From Planctomycetota bacterium (GTDB lineage: Bacteria > Planctomycetota > GCA-002687715 > DRQF01): a stretch of 64,000 nucleotides of DNA. The first letter of the stretch is position 1; the number at the start of each line of letters is the position of its first letter. A program made the translations under genes and the position numbers. The stretch lies in contig JBLINQ010000008.1 of the NCBI GenBank assembly GCA_047639315.1, positions 810-64,809 on the forward strand. Direction: 5' to 3'. A model generated the notes under the pieces. It was not told the origin of the DNA. It searched no databases and saw only the letters and a list, made by a program, of their open reading frames with translations. Positions 1-9,285 of the stretch are shown piece by piece.

Positions 1-609
1 TTAAGCCACAAAGTTGATGATCTGAAGAAGTGGATCTCGCGGGGCGGCATCCTCATCACGCAGCGCAACGCGGCTCATTGGGCCGGTGAGAAACTCCTGG
101 GCTTGACTAAACCGAAGGCCAAGGCCAAGCCGAAAAATTCGTCCTTAGCCTCGGTGAAAACCTCTCCCGGATCGAACTACGCCGATCGCAATAAGCGCTC
201 GGCCCTACGCCGACTCAGTGGAGCTATCTTCAACGCAACACTCGATGTGACCCATCCTCTCGGATGGGGATTCAAACACAAGAAAATCTCGCTCTGGCGT
301 AAAGGCACAACCGTGATGCTGGAATCCAAAGCGTCCCACAACAATCCGATTCGCTATGCGAAGAAACCTCTGATGAGTGGTTTTGCTGGCCCCGCTGCTC
401 AGGGCAAGTTGGCTGAAACGGTGGCCGCCAGCGTTGACCGGATGGGATCAGGTGTCATCGTTCGTTTTGCCGATGACATGAACTTCCGTGCTTATTGGCG
501 TGGATCGGAGCGTCTCTACTTGAACGCCATCTTCCATGCTCGATTCGTCGCCAGCAGTGGTGGCATCATGATCGGAAACGAAGAAGAAAGTCATAGCCAC
601 GGCCATTGA
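1..609 (+). CDS. C-terminal part of a probable M14-family zinc carboxypeptidase-like protein (5' end outside window)
   Basis: Frame is open from base 1 (LSHKVDDLKKWISRGG...) to TGA at 607-609. The C-terminal 'G.G.V..F.DD.NFRAYW.GS.RLYLNAIF' segment is typical of large bacterial M14 peptidase C-termini. The catalytic domain is not in the window. Confidence 0.6.
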   Translation, partial: LSHKVDDLKKWISRGGILITQRNAAHWAGEKLLGLTKPKAKAKPKNSSLASVKTSPGSNYADRNKRSALRRLSGAIFNATLDVTHPLGWGFKHKKISLWRKGTTVMLESKASHNNPIRYAKKPLMSGFAGPAAQGKLAETVAASVDRMGSGVIVRFADDMNFRAYWRGSERLYLNAIFHARFVASSGGIMIGNEEESHSHGH

Positions 610-687
610 GTTTTTATTCGCGTGGAAGAACCGGGAATGCACCGATAATAGAAGTGCATACCCCTTCATGACAAAAGGTGCACCGGC

Positions 688-1782
688 ATGAGCGATTCAA
701 AGCACAAACGTAGATCAGCAGTCAAGTTCATCGTGAAGACCGAGAAACCTCTCGATCGGCTCGATACGAAATTGGGCGAAGTCACAATTGTTCCCTATGA
801 GGAAGGGGACGAGCACGGCATCCTCGAGTTGTTCAAGACGGTCTTCAAGGTTGATCGAACTCTCGACCAATGGAATTGGGAGTTTCGTGACAATCCGAAT
901 GGCATGCACATCTACGTCGGCAAGTTGGCCGACGGCACAATTGTGAGTCAATACACCGGCATCTTAACGAAGGGCAAGATCTTCGACCGCGATGTTCTTT
1001 TCTCACAGATCGTCGACTCAATGGTCCATCCTCAATGCCGTTCCGGCTTGAAGAAGAAGGGGCTCTTCGCCCTCACCTTGTTGAACCACTCCTATAAGCA
1101 CGGACACTTGCAAGACGAGTGCATCCAGATGGGATTGCCGAATCCTCTCGCTTATCGGCTCGGGTCGCAGACTTGCTACTACGTGCCGATGACCAAGGCC
1201 TATGTCCATCACAAAGAAGTGAACCCTGACGACGCCAGTGAGGAAGTTCCTTCCACCATCAAGGGCCTGGGCAATACTTATGAGGTGTCCATGACCACCG
1301 AGCTGGCTCATGATCATGACCATCTTTGGGCCCGCGTCAAAGACAAGCACCGAATCATCACGTGGCGGAACAAAGAATTCTGGGAATGGCGCTACGTCCA
1401 GAATCCTCATTTTGACTACCTCACGCTCGAGCTCAGAGACCCGAGCGATGGGGCGCTTGCGGCCTCGGCCGTCTGTCGAGTTGGCTGGTTAGATCAGCCC
1501 GACTTTGTCATCGCTGATTGGTTGGTTGATTTAGACCGCGTGGGTGCAGCCGAAGCGATGATCAAAGTTTGTGAAGAAGCTGCCCGACGTAGCGGCATGA
1601 AGAGCGTGAAGTGCTTCCTCAATCACAATGCCCCAGAGTCGCGGACTTTTGAGGACGTCGGCTACAATCTCTTGCAGACGCAATTTCGCCTCGTGTCGCA
1701 CACCTATGCCCCCGAGTTCGTCACCGAACGTGACCTCATGAACGAGTGGTATTACACCCTCGGTGATTTCGACATCGTCTAA
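688..1782 (+). CDS. Tandem GNAT-fold acyltransferase
   Basis: 364 aa. N-terminal GNAT motif (DSMVHPQCRSG...GLF, acetyl-CoA binding loop) and a second GNAT-like half (DWLVDLDRVGAAEAMIKVCEEAAR). Confidence 0.7.
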   Translation: MSDSKHKRRSAVKFIVKTEKPLDRLDTKLGEVTIVPYEEGDEHGILELFKTVFKVDRTLDQWNWEFRDNPNGMHIYVGKLADGTIVSQYTGILTKGKIFDRDVLFSQIVDSMVHPQCRSGLKKKGLFALTLLNHSYKHGHLQDECIQMGLPNPLAYRLGSQTCYYVPMTKAYVHHKEVNPDDASEEVPSTIKGLGNTYEVSMTTELAHDHDHLWARVKDKHRIITWRNKEFWEWRYVQNPHFDYLTLELRDPSDGALAASAVCRVGWLDQPDFVIADWLVDLDRVGAAEAMIKVCEEAARRSGMKSVKCFLNHNAPESRTFEDVGYNLLQTQFRLVSHTYAPEFVTERDLMNEWYYTLGDFDIV

Positions 1783-1789
1783 GAAATGA

Positions 1790-1816
1790 AAAAGGACGCC
1801 ATGGCGGCGTCCTTTT
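1790..1816. terminator. Bidirectional intrinsic terminator
   Basis: AAAAGGACGCC-ATGGC-GGCGTCCTTTT inverted repeat between convergent genes. Confidence 0.8.
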
Positions 1817-1847
1817 GATTGATTCTACATTCACCGTGGTGTGAGAA

Positions 1848-2861
1848 TTACTTCATCCGGCTCCAGACGTTGGCATACCACATGGCACGTTTAGAAACCT
1901 TGAGCCCTGTCATCTTGCCCACGACTTTCCTCATCTTCAGGTCCATGCCATCTTTCACGCCTTTTTGTGAAGCAATGATGAGCTTGGTGACGGCCTTGTC
2001 GAGCTTGAGTTCGTTCTTACCAACGTAGTCGTCGAACTTGGCTTTGAATGCAGCGCAAGTCGCTTCCCAAGTTGGTTCCCCTTTGCAGCCCTTGGTGAGG
2101 GCTTCGAGGTTCTTTTTAGCTTCGATCCAGCTGCCAGTCGCCATCATATATTTGATCGAAGCGACGTCAGCTTTAAAGCGAAGCTTCAGTTCTTTCTTGG
2201 CCAACTCTAGGTCGGCTTTGACTTCCTCGGTACTTGGCTGGTAAGTCTCGAGAATCTTCTTGGCGTCAAAGAGTAAACCCTTGCCATGCATGAGTGCTCG
2301 TGCCGATGCGATCTCGGGAGCGGCTCCCCATCCGGTCTGCAGTTTCTTGAGTTCGATAGGAATGCGCTTATCGATGAGCTTGCCGACTTCGTTGCGATGA
2401 CCGACGGCGATGATCTTGCCGTCGACTCCAACGAGGGCTGCCATCGGCAACTTCAATGCGTCAGACTTGCCAATCACGAGAGGATTGTCGGCCGTGACCA
2501 TGGCTGTATTCGTTGGAAAGCGCTTCATCATGAAGGCGGCCAAGTCGACGGTCTCTTCTTGCACGTGAGTCAGGACAACAGTGAGTCCTTTCTTACGATA
2601 CTTCTTGTCGATCTTAATGGCATGCGGCACCGCATGCCCGAGGCAAGGCCCTCAGCGGTAGCCCCACATCTCGATAAGAACGGGTCGTCCAACGAAGTGG
2701 TTACGTGATACGTGACCATCTCCATTCATCACGACTTTGCGAAACCGAAACTCTGGCATGCGCTCTCCGGCAACGGCCAAAGTTTGAGCATGGCTCATCG
2801 TTGGCAGCAGGACGAGGAGGGCGATGGCCAATGACAGTCGATTGATACTCATGAATCTCAT
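1848..2861 (-). CDS. Exported TlpA/redoxin-like protein with U-x-x-C motif (predicted selenoprotein, UGA read-through at 2654-2652)
   Basis: Track ORFs 2652..2861 and 1848..2630 are in the same frame. Reading through TGA gives signal peptide...GRPVLIEMWGYR-U-GPCLGHAVPHAIKIDKKYRKKGLTVVLTHVQ, the redoxin beta1-CxxC-helix-beta pattern. A SECIS-like hairpin follows. Start is 2861 or 2852. Confidence 0.85.
2619..2638 (-). promoter_or_regulatory. Candidate bacterial SECIS element
   Basis: Minus strand GGCATGCG-GTGC-CGCATGCC: perfect 8-bp stem, loop starts with GU, stem starts 13 nt and loop 21 nt after the UGA. Confidence 0.7.
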
Positions 2862-3117
2862 AACTCAGGTATAGCGGATCCATCAGGTCGTGTCATGGCT
2901 TTGTTGTCCAGAGTGTCGATGAATGGGCGGGATTGCCCCAGGTTGGGGCGAATTTCCTTGGTTCGAGGACGCAGAATCTAATTGGAGTGAACCGCTGAGC
3001 ACCCTCGCCGTTTTCTATTTTGTCAACCAACCCGGGGGCTGGCGAAAATCATCCCTTGTCGTTCGAGGCACTCGACTCGACGGACAGGCGTCTCACTTAC
3101 AACTGAAGGAGGTTCTC

Positions 3118-4647
3118 ATGTCAGCTGACAATTTGCGCTACCCGTCCGTACATCAAGATTTCAACGAGGTGCTTCTCGAGCAGCTGCAAAGAACACCCTG
3201 GATTCTGATTTCCGGGGCTTTTCATGCCGCGCTTGTGGTGCTGATGATGCTCTTCATGAGTCCGCAGATCGACCTTGAGCCAGATGAGATGGCTGAAATC
3301 GGAGCCGATTATGTTGACGAAACAGAAGAGGATGTTCCAGAGGTTGATCCACCAGAAGACGATCCTGTACCGACTGAAGTTCCAGTTGAAGATCTCCCTG
3401 AAGTCACTCAGGAAGTTGTGAACGAGACCCCTGATAACAGTGACATGGAAGAGACTTTCGGAGAATCAGAATTCGAGGCACCAGCCAGGTTGACCAGCAC
3501 CAGTAACAGTGATGCGATTGGTCTCGGTGGTGGCGTTGGCGGCGGCAGTGGAGCAGGCGGACGGAATGGCAGAATCAAGGGCGGTGGGCGCCCCAAAGCT
3601 GCCGACGTTTGCGTGATGCGTGGCCTTGAGTGGTTGTCTCGTCACCAGTCTCCCAATGGTTCTTGGGACGCCGATGGTTTCTGCTGCGCCACAGGAGGGT
3701 GCACCTGCTTACAAGGAAGTAAGGGTGGCGCCCTGTTTGATACTGGCGTGACCGGCCTCTCGCTCTTGGCTTTCTTGGGAGCAGGTGAGTCCCCGAAGGT
3801 CGGCGAGTATCGCCGGAACGTTGCACGAGCAGTGCGTTGGTTGATGAAGAGTCAGGATGCCGAAGGCTGCTATGGCGAGAGCAGCGGCAGTAAGATGGCA
3901 TACAACCAAGCCATCGCCACCTTGGCTATGATCGAGGCGTATGACATGAGTCGTATCCCGTCACTCAAAGCGTCAGCTGAAAAGGGCTTGGCCTTCTGCA
4001 TGTCGATGCAGAATCCTTACAAGGCATGGCGCTATGGCGTGGCAACAGGACAGAACGATGTCAGTGTCACCGGTTGGATGGTCATGGTCATGAAGGCGGC
4101 GAAAAGTGCAAAGTTGCCATTCGACGAGCGGAGAATGGCATGGGCGACAGACTACATCGTTGAAATGACTGATGAAGAATCCGGACGGGTTGGCTATGTG
4201 AGGGCTGGCGAACCGACTGTACGCGAAGCGGGCAAGACCGAGGAGTTTCCAGCTGAAGAGTCTGAGTCGATGACCGCTGTTGGGATCTGTAGTCGCATCT
4301 TCATGGGCGAAGACCCTAGCAACAGTAAAGAGATCAAACTCGCGACCGAGAACCTGCTGCTGAAGAAGATGCCCGTTTGGGATCAATCCCGAGGTTCCAT
4401 TGATATGTACTACTGGTACTACGGCACTCTGGCCATGTATCAGGTGGGTGGTCAAGCTTGGAAAAAGTGGAATGTTGCGCTCAAAGACGCCGTGATCGAT
4501 CGCCAGCGGGTCGATGGGGTCGCTTCGGGGTCGTGGGATCCACGGGGTGCATGGGGCGAGGCTGGTGGCCGAGTGTACTCAACCGCACTCATGACCATGT
4601 GCTTGGAGGTGTATTACCGTTATGGGCGCGTCTTCGGCACCAAGTAG
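3118..4647 (+). CDS. Membrane-anchored prenyltransferase/squalene-oxidase-repeat (alpha/alpha toroid) protein
   Basis: ATG 3118 has an AAGGAGG RBS, so it is preferred over the track start at 2923. One TM helix, acidic linker, Gly-rich stretch, then QW-like repeats (WLSRHQSPNGSW, WLMKSQDAEG, QRVDG..SGSWDP; YYWYYGTLAMYQ). Confidence 0.8.
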   Translation: MSADNLRYPSVHQDFNEVLLEQLQRTPWILISGAFHAALVVLMMLFMSPQIDLEPDEMAEIGADYVDETEEDVPEVDPPEDDPVPTEVPVEDLPEVTQEVVNETPDNSDMEETFGESEFEAPARLTSTSNSDAIGLGGGVGGGSGAGGRNGRIKGGGRPKAADVCVMRGLEWLSRHQSPNGSWDADGFCCATGGCTCLQGSKGGALFDTGVTGLSLLAFLGAGESPKVGEYRRNVARAVRWLMKSQDAEGCYGESSGSKMAYNQAIATLAMIEAYDMSRIPSLKASAEKGLAFCMSMQNPYKAWRYGVATGQNDVSVTGWMVMVMKAAKSAKLPFDERRMAWATDYIVEMTDEESGRVGYVRAGEPTVREAGKTEEFPAEESESMTAVGICSRIFMGEDPSNSKEIKLATENLLLKKMPVWDQSRGSIDMYYWYYGTLAMYQVGGQAWKKWNVALKDAVIDRQRVDGVASGSWDPRGAWGEAGGRVYSTALMTMCLEVYYRYGRVFGTK

Positions 4648-4742
4648 ACGATCTTGAAGTGTGTGTCTTCGTTGAGTCCTAAGAGAAACGGACTGCCAGG
4701 ATTTCTGGCAGCCCGTTCTTGTTTTCTTGTTGTCGTTGGCTC

Positions 4743-6002
4743 TTACGACATGCTGCCGCGCAACTCTGCGGCCCACTGAAGCGCTGATACGTAGGTGTCT
4801 CGGATGGCACCCGAATCCATCCCTTGAAAGCCCACTTCATGCCAAGCGGACTGTTCATAGTTGATGGTGCATTTGAGCGCTTCGCCCATGATCCCCTCGT
4901 GAGTCATCAAGGCATCTTTGAGATTTTGAGCGATTGGCAACTCTTCCAAAATCTCATCCATCGGGCGATCAAAGAGACACTCGAGAGTCGAGAACAACCC
5001 AATCGTGAAGAACGAATCTGGGTTCTTCTCTTCCGTTTCGCGAGACAAGAGCTCGCACATACGACCACGGATGACTGCGGTATTGAAGATGGCGGATGGC
5101 TTATCTGAAACCCCTGAGAGAATGACCAAGTTGGCCCAAGTGCGTATCCACTTCATGCCCAGCAACATGATGGCATGCTGGATCGATTCAACTTTGTTGC
5201 TGAATGCGAACATCGCGGAATTGACGTAGTGCAGCAGTTTGTAGCTCAATCCGACATCATTGCAGATGGCGTCTTGCATTTTCTCTAACCCAGATTGGGT
5301 GTCGTTGATTGCCGCCAAGAGTCGCATGCGCGCGATGCCATCAGCAGGCACTCGCCCACCCACGACGATTTGGGGCTTCGAAAGAAAATGGCCTTGGAAG
5401 AGATTAAAGCCGGCACGCCGGCAGTCCTCGAAGCAGTCGAAAGTCTCAATGCGCTTAGCGATTGTTACGATGCCAAGTTCATTAGCCTTCGTGACGATCA
5501 ACTTGCAGGCTTCTGTCGGCCCGGCGGCAACGTCTAACTTAATCTCATCAATCTTGGACAACATTTCGTCGTCGATATTACCTGGCTCATGCCCATCGAG
5601 AACGATGCGGTAACCGCTGTTCCGTAAAGATTGAATGAACTCCACGACTTGGGAGTCAGTGAGATCGGCCGCACTCAGTTCCAGTGCCAGTTTCTCCTTT
5701 GGGAAGATCTGAATGCAATTTGACCGCAAGAATGTTGGCGTCACGTTGACATAGGCGCGTTGTGTTTCAGCGACGTTATCTTGGCCGAGCTCGATGAACG
5801 TATTCCAGAACGTTTGGCCCGTGGCTAAGTCGCTGTCAGTGATCTCAGCCCAATTGTCGCAGCTATTGCGATAGAGCAACTCGTAGGCACGAGTCTCAAG
5901 GTTCTCATTGAACATCGGTTGTCTTCCGACGTAAGTCGGGACGAGGGCAGACTCTTCAACCTCTTTGACTCCACCTCGATTTGATTCCATTTGTTCGCTC
6001 AT
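4743..6002 (-). CDS. EAL + HDOD domain protein (YuxH-like), EAL probably degenerate
   Basis: RQPMF...YELLYR, FQGHFLSKP (EAL-like) followed by HDOD (DVGLSYKLLHYVNSAMF...IQHAIMLLG; FTIGLFSTL). Confidence 0.85.
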   Translation of the reverse strand: MSEQMESNRGGVKEVEESALVPTYVGRQPMFNENLETRAYELLYRNSCDNWAEITDSDLATGQTFWNTFIELGQDNVAETQRAYVNVTPTFLRSNCIQIFPKEKLALELSAADLTDSQVVEFIQSLRNSGYRIVLDGHEPGNIDDEMLSKIDEIKLDVAAGPTEACKLIVTKANELGIVTIAKRIETFDCFEDCRRAGFNLFQGHFLSKPQIVVGGRVPADGIARMRLLAAINDTQSGLEKMQDAICNDVGLSYKLLHYVNSAMFAFSNKVESIQHAIMLLGMKWIRTWANLVILSGVSDKPSAIFNTAVIRGRMCELLSRETEEKNPDSFFTIGLFSTLECLFDRPMDEILEELPIAQNLKDALMTHEGIMGEALKCTINYEQSAWHEVGFQGMDSGAIRDTYVSALQWAAELRGSMS

Positions 6003-6366
6003 GCCGGACTCCTCTCACAACGCGGGATATTCCCCTTATCGGTTAAGGCGGAGCACATCTGGAATACTGCATTTTCACCCAGGTAAGACGAATAAATGGC
6101 CGAGCGAAATATGGGAAAGGGTGGCTTGCACGCCACTTACTAAGGAGCAAGATCGGTGGCAGCGATGAATTGTGAATCGATGTGCCTAATTCCCCAACAG
6201 ACAGTGAAAGGCCTCACTTTTTTCTCGGGTGATTAACCGAAAAGTGACTAAGATCTCAGGAGAGTACCGAGACGTTTGTCTCTTCTTCCGGATATACAAT
6301 ACCGAAGGTACGTGCTTGCGAACTCGCCGCTTGTCGACATCTTGAAACCTCTCTGATTGGAATGCT

Positions 6367-7311
6367 GTGATGCGAAGCAAGCAACGCGTTCGACGCCCTG
6401 AGAAAACCGGGAATTCCCGATTCGAGTGGGTCACGATTCCCAGGTCGATTCTCGGTTGCCGACGATCTTTTGGCGTCTACCTTCCAGTCGACTACGGCAC
6501 TTCGACCCGAGGCTATCCGACCCTCTATCTGTTTCGCGGGGCTGAAAGAGAATGGGCTGGCTCTCAGGATGGTCGTGAAGGGCTCAAACGGATTCTCGAT
6601 GGTTTGATCGAGTCTGGGAAAATTGAGCCGATGATCGTCGTTCTGCCTGGATTCATGGAGCCTTCGGGCCGGACCCAAGGCGTCCCACTGGATTGGTTGG
6701 CAGATGGATCGAATCGAGGTGTTGGCAACGGGCGATTTGAGCGCCATTTCTTTGAGATCAAAGACATTGTCGAATCGCGTTTTGCAGTTCGCATCGGGCG
6801 TCGGCATGCGGCACTCGACGGCTTCAGCATGGGTGGATTCAGCTCGATGTATCTTGGCTTGAAGTACCCAGCGCTCTTTGGATCGGTTGGCTCCTACGAC
6901 GGAAGCTTCATGTGGCCTAGTCAGATCGACCCGCGTCTTAAACCGTTTGGGCGTGCCTGCAAGCTCTGGATGTCAGAAACTTGTGCCCCTTATTTTTGCG
7001 GGCCGACTGGTTGGGATATTCCTCGGATGGAACGTGCCAATCCCATCACCTGGGTGACAAACGCGACGGGCAACCGCCTACGACTCTTGCGCGACCTCAA
7101 GGTTCATATGCGCACGGCGGGTTCTGAAGTGGTTGGTAACGTCGATCGGTGCTACGAGCTCGACGAGTACCTCGAATATGCTGGGATTGCCAATACCTTC
7201 CGTGACCAGCTTATCTTTGACAAGAAAGCTCGGCACGACTGGAGTTGGGCAGATCGTCATCTAAACGAGACGATCCTGCTCCATGATCAGGTTTTTAGAT
7301 CGATTGGTTGA
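6367..7311 (+). CDS. Alpha/beta hydrolase, putative esterase (Fes/FrmB-like)
   Basis: VYLP.DY...YPTLYL, nucleophile elbow GFSMGG, C-terminal HDW; no signal peptide. Confidence 0.8.
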   Translation: MMRSKQRVRRPEKTGNSRFEWVTIPRSILGCRRSFGVYLPVDYGTSTRGYPTLYLFRGAEREWAGSQDGREGLKRILDGLIESGKIEPMIVVLPGFMEPSGRTQGVPLDWLADGSNRGVGNGRFERHFFEIKDIVESRFAVRIGRRHAALDGFSMGGFSSMYLGLKYPALFGSVGSYDGSFMWPSQIDPRLKPFGRACKLWMSETCAPYFCGPTGWDIPRMERANPITWVTNATGNRLRLLRDLKVHMRTAGSEVVGNVDRCYELDEYLEYAGIANTFRDQLIFDKKARHDWSWADRHLNETILLHDQVFRSIG

Positions 7312-8026
7312 GTCGTTCGAGGATTTCGCCGGCCTCGATGAACGATCGGGCCAACATATCAGGCTGGTCGATCTTACTCATCACAACATCGCTGGCCGTA
7401 TAACCGCAGGTTAGGCCAATGCAGCGGATCTTTCCGGCTTTTGCCACGTCGAAGTCCGGTTTGCCGTCACCCACAAGAACTGTCTCATTTCGATCCGAAC
7501 CAGCCTGATCGATGACGAAGTCAAGAACAGCAACATCCGGCTTACGAGGCAGAATCTTGTTGTCGTCGTCCCGGGCTCCATCTCCGACCACGAGATCGAA
7601 GTAGGGGAGCAATTTCAAGCGCTCGAGGACTTGCACGGCAATGTCATGAGGCTTGTTCGTCAGGCAGATCTGGAACACACCTTGGTTTTGCCAGTGGCTC
7701 AAGATCGTTTCAGCCCCCGTAGCCACAGTTGTCTGGGCAACTGGGTTGTCTTCGTAGATATCCTGAAACTCGGTGACGAGAGAGTGAACTTCGGCAATCG
7801 AGCGTGGCAGGGTGTTGAACGTGGCTTGGGAGGAATCGTCGACCATGCCGAAAATAGCCCGTTCGACGAGCTTCTCGGCACCATCACCGATGAAGTCACG
7901 AACTTGGGCCTCGGTCAGCTCATCCAGGGTGTAGTGACCCCGGATGCTATTGACGGCAAGGGCTATATCAGGGGCGGAGTCGACCAATGTACCGTCCAGG
8001 TCATATATGATGCAAGAAAGTGGCAT
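7295..8026 (-). CDS. gph: HAD-superfamily hydrolase, phosphoglycolate phosphatase-like
   Basis: DLDGTLVDS motif I, TNKP motif II, KPD motif III, VGDG..D motif IV. ATG 8026 with a GGAG RBS is preferred over 8095. Confidence 0.8.
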   Translation of the reverse strand: MPLSCIIYDLDGTLVDSAPDIALAVNSIRGHYTLDELTEAQVRDFIGDGAEKLVERAIFGMVDDSSQATFNTLPRSIAEVHSLVTEFQDIYEDNPVAQTTVATGAETILSHWQNQGVFQICLTNKPHDIAVQVLERLKLLPYFDLVVGDGARDDDNKILPRKPDVAVLDFVIDQAGSDRNETVLVGDGKPDFDVAKAGKIRCIGLTCGYTASDVVMSKIDQPDMLARSFIEAGEILERLNQSI

Positions 8027-8128
8027 TCCTAACTCCGTTCCGTTTTGGCCCAATTTGCCAGAGATTCCCCTGCATTGTGTGGGCTTTTTCGCCATTCACA
8101 ACGAGAAAGGCAAAACAGAAACATAGAA

Positions 8129-8161
8129 GAGCCTCAGAGGGGTAAAACCCCGCTGAGGCTC
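8129..8161 (-). terminator. Intrinsic terminator downstream of add
   Basis: GAGCCTCAG-A-GGGGT-AAA-ACCCC-G-CTGAGGCTC hairpin with a T-rich tail on the minus strand. Confidence 0.65.
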
Positions 8162-8193
8162 GATCTGATCCAGTTCACAGCATATGGGCGATC

Positions 8194-9285
8194 TTAGATG
8201 AGGCCTTCATCGCGCATCGACTGATATCCTGCTTTGATTTTATCGTAGATGAGAGTGAGGCGATGATCGAAGTCGACGAAGGCACTTTTCATCGAATTGA
8301 CGGTTACCTTCTCCAGATCTCTGGCATTGAGCCCAAAAGTCTCATTCGCGATGGCAAATTCCGCTGACATTGTTGTGTCTGACATCAGTCCATTGTCGGT
8401 ATTGAGCGTGACACGGAAATGGGCATCGAAATAGGGTCTGAATGGGTGAGATTCGATATTGGGGACGGCGCCTGTATGGACGTTGCTTTGAAGGCAGATC
8501 TCCAGGGGAATTCGATGATCTCGAATATAGGTCGCCAAGGTTCCCATGTGAGTGACCTTGCCGTCCAGAATGGTCATGTCTTCAACCAGTCGGGTACAAT
8601 GACCGATCCTGTGGGCGCCGCAATATTGAAGAGCCTGCCAAATGCTCGCTTTGCCAAAGGCCTCACCAGCATGAATCGTGATATTGAAGTTCTCGCGTTT
8701 GCAGTATTGGAAGGCCTCCAAATGTGCTTTCGGTGGGTGTCCGTTCTCGTCACCAGCCAGATCGAAGCCGACGGCCCCTTTGTTTCGGAAGGCCACTGCC
8801 AACTCGGCCATTTCCAAGGATAAGGCCGGCTCCATGTTCCTCAGAGCGCAGACGATAATGCCCCAATGAACTCCGGTCTTCTCTTGTCCGGCCTCCAGGC
8901 CGCGAATCACGGCGTTCATAACCTGCTCGTAGTTCAGCCCCTTATTCGTGTGGAGGAGGGGAGCAAATCGAACTTCGGTGTAGACGACACCGTCGGCGTG
9001 AAGATCTTCAAGCAGCTCTGTTGCGACTCGGGCGAGTGATTCCTCGTCTTGCATGACCCCGCAGGTCACTCCAAATCCTTCGAGATACTCACCAAGATTG
9101 CCCTTATTTGCGCCGCGGAAGAACCACTTGGAGAGTTCATCTGGGTTGCTCGTTGCCAGTTCGACATCGCCTAACCCCTCGGCCAATTCGATGATCGTTG
9201 CGGGCCGCAAGCCGCCGTCGAGATGATTGTGAAGCAGAACTTTGGGCATTCTGGCCAATACGGCGGGTGCAATAATCTCGGTCAT
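8194..9285 (-). CDS. add: Adenosine deaminase
   Basis: LHNHLDG, HAGE, RIGHC, NTDN metal/catalytic motifs. ATG 9285 overlaps the thiolase TGA (ATGA). Confidence 0.9.
   Translation of the reverse strand: MTEIIAPAVLARMPKVLLHNHLDGGLRPATIIELAEGLGDVELATSNPDELSKWFFRGANKGNLGEYLEGFGVTCGVMQDEESLARVATELLEDLHADGVVYTEVRFAPLLHTNKGLNYEQVMNAVIRGLEAGQEKTGVHWGIIVCALRNMEPALSLEMAELAVAFRNKGAVGFDLAGDENGHPPKAHLEAFQYCKRENFNITIHAGEAFGKASIWQALQYCGAHRIGHCTRLVEDMTILDGKVTHMGTLATYIRDHRIPLEICLQSNVHTGAVPNIESHPFRPYFDAHFRVTLNTDNGLMSDTTMSAEFAIANETFGLNARDLEKVTVNSMKSAFVDFDHRLTLIYDKIKAGYQSMRDEGLI

Noticed and set aside
2652-2654. In-frame TGAs as random nonsense mutations or sequencing errors
   Set aside because: Three independent cases at redox motifs, each with an adjacent hairpin, are unlikely by chance. 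Not formally excluded without reads.
6003-6366. c-di-GMP riboswitch in the spacer upstream of the EAL/HDOD gene
   Set aside because: Only short hairpins (GTGGC/GCCAC, AGTGA/TCACT) were seen; I could not find the class I or II consensus.
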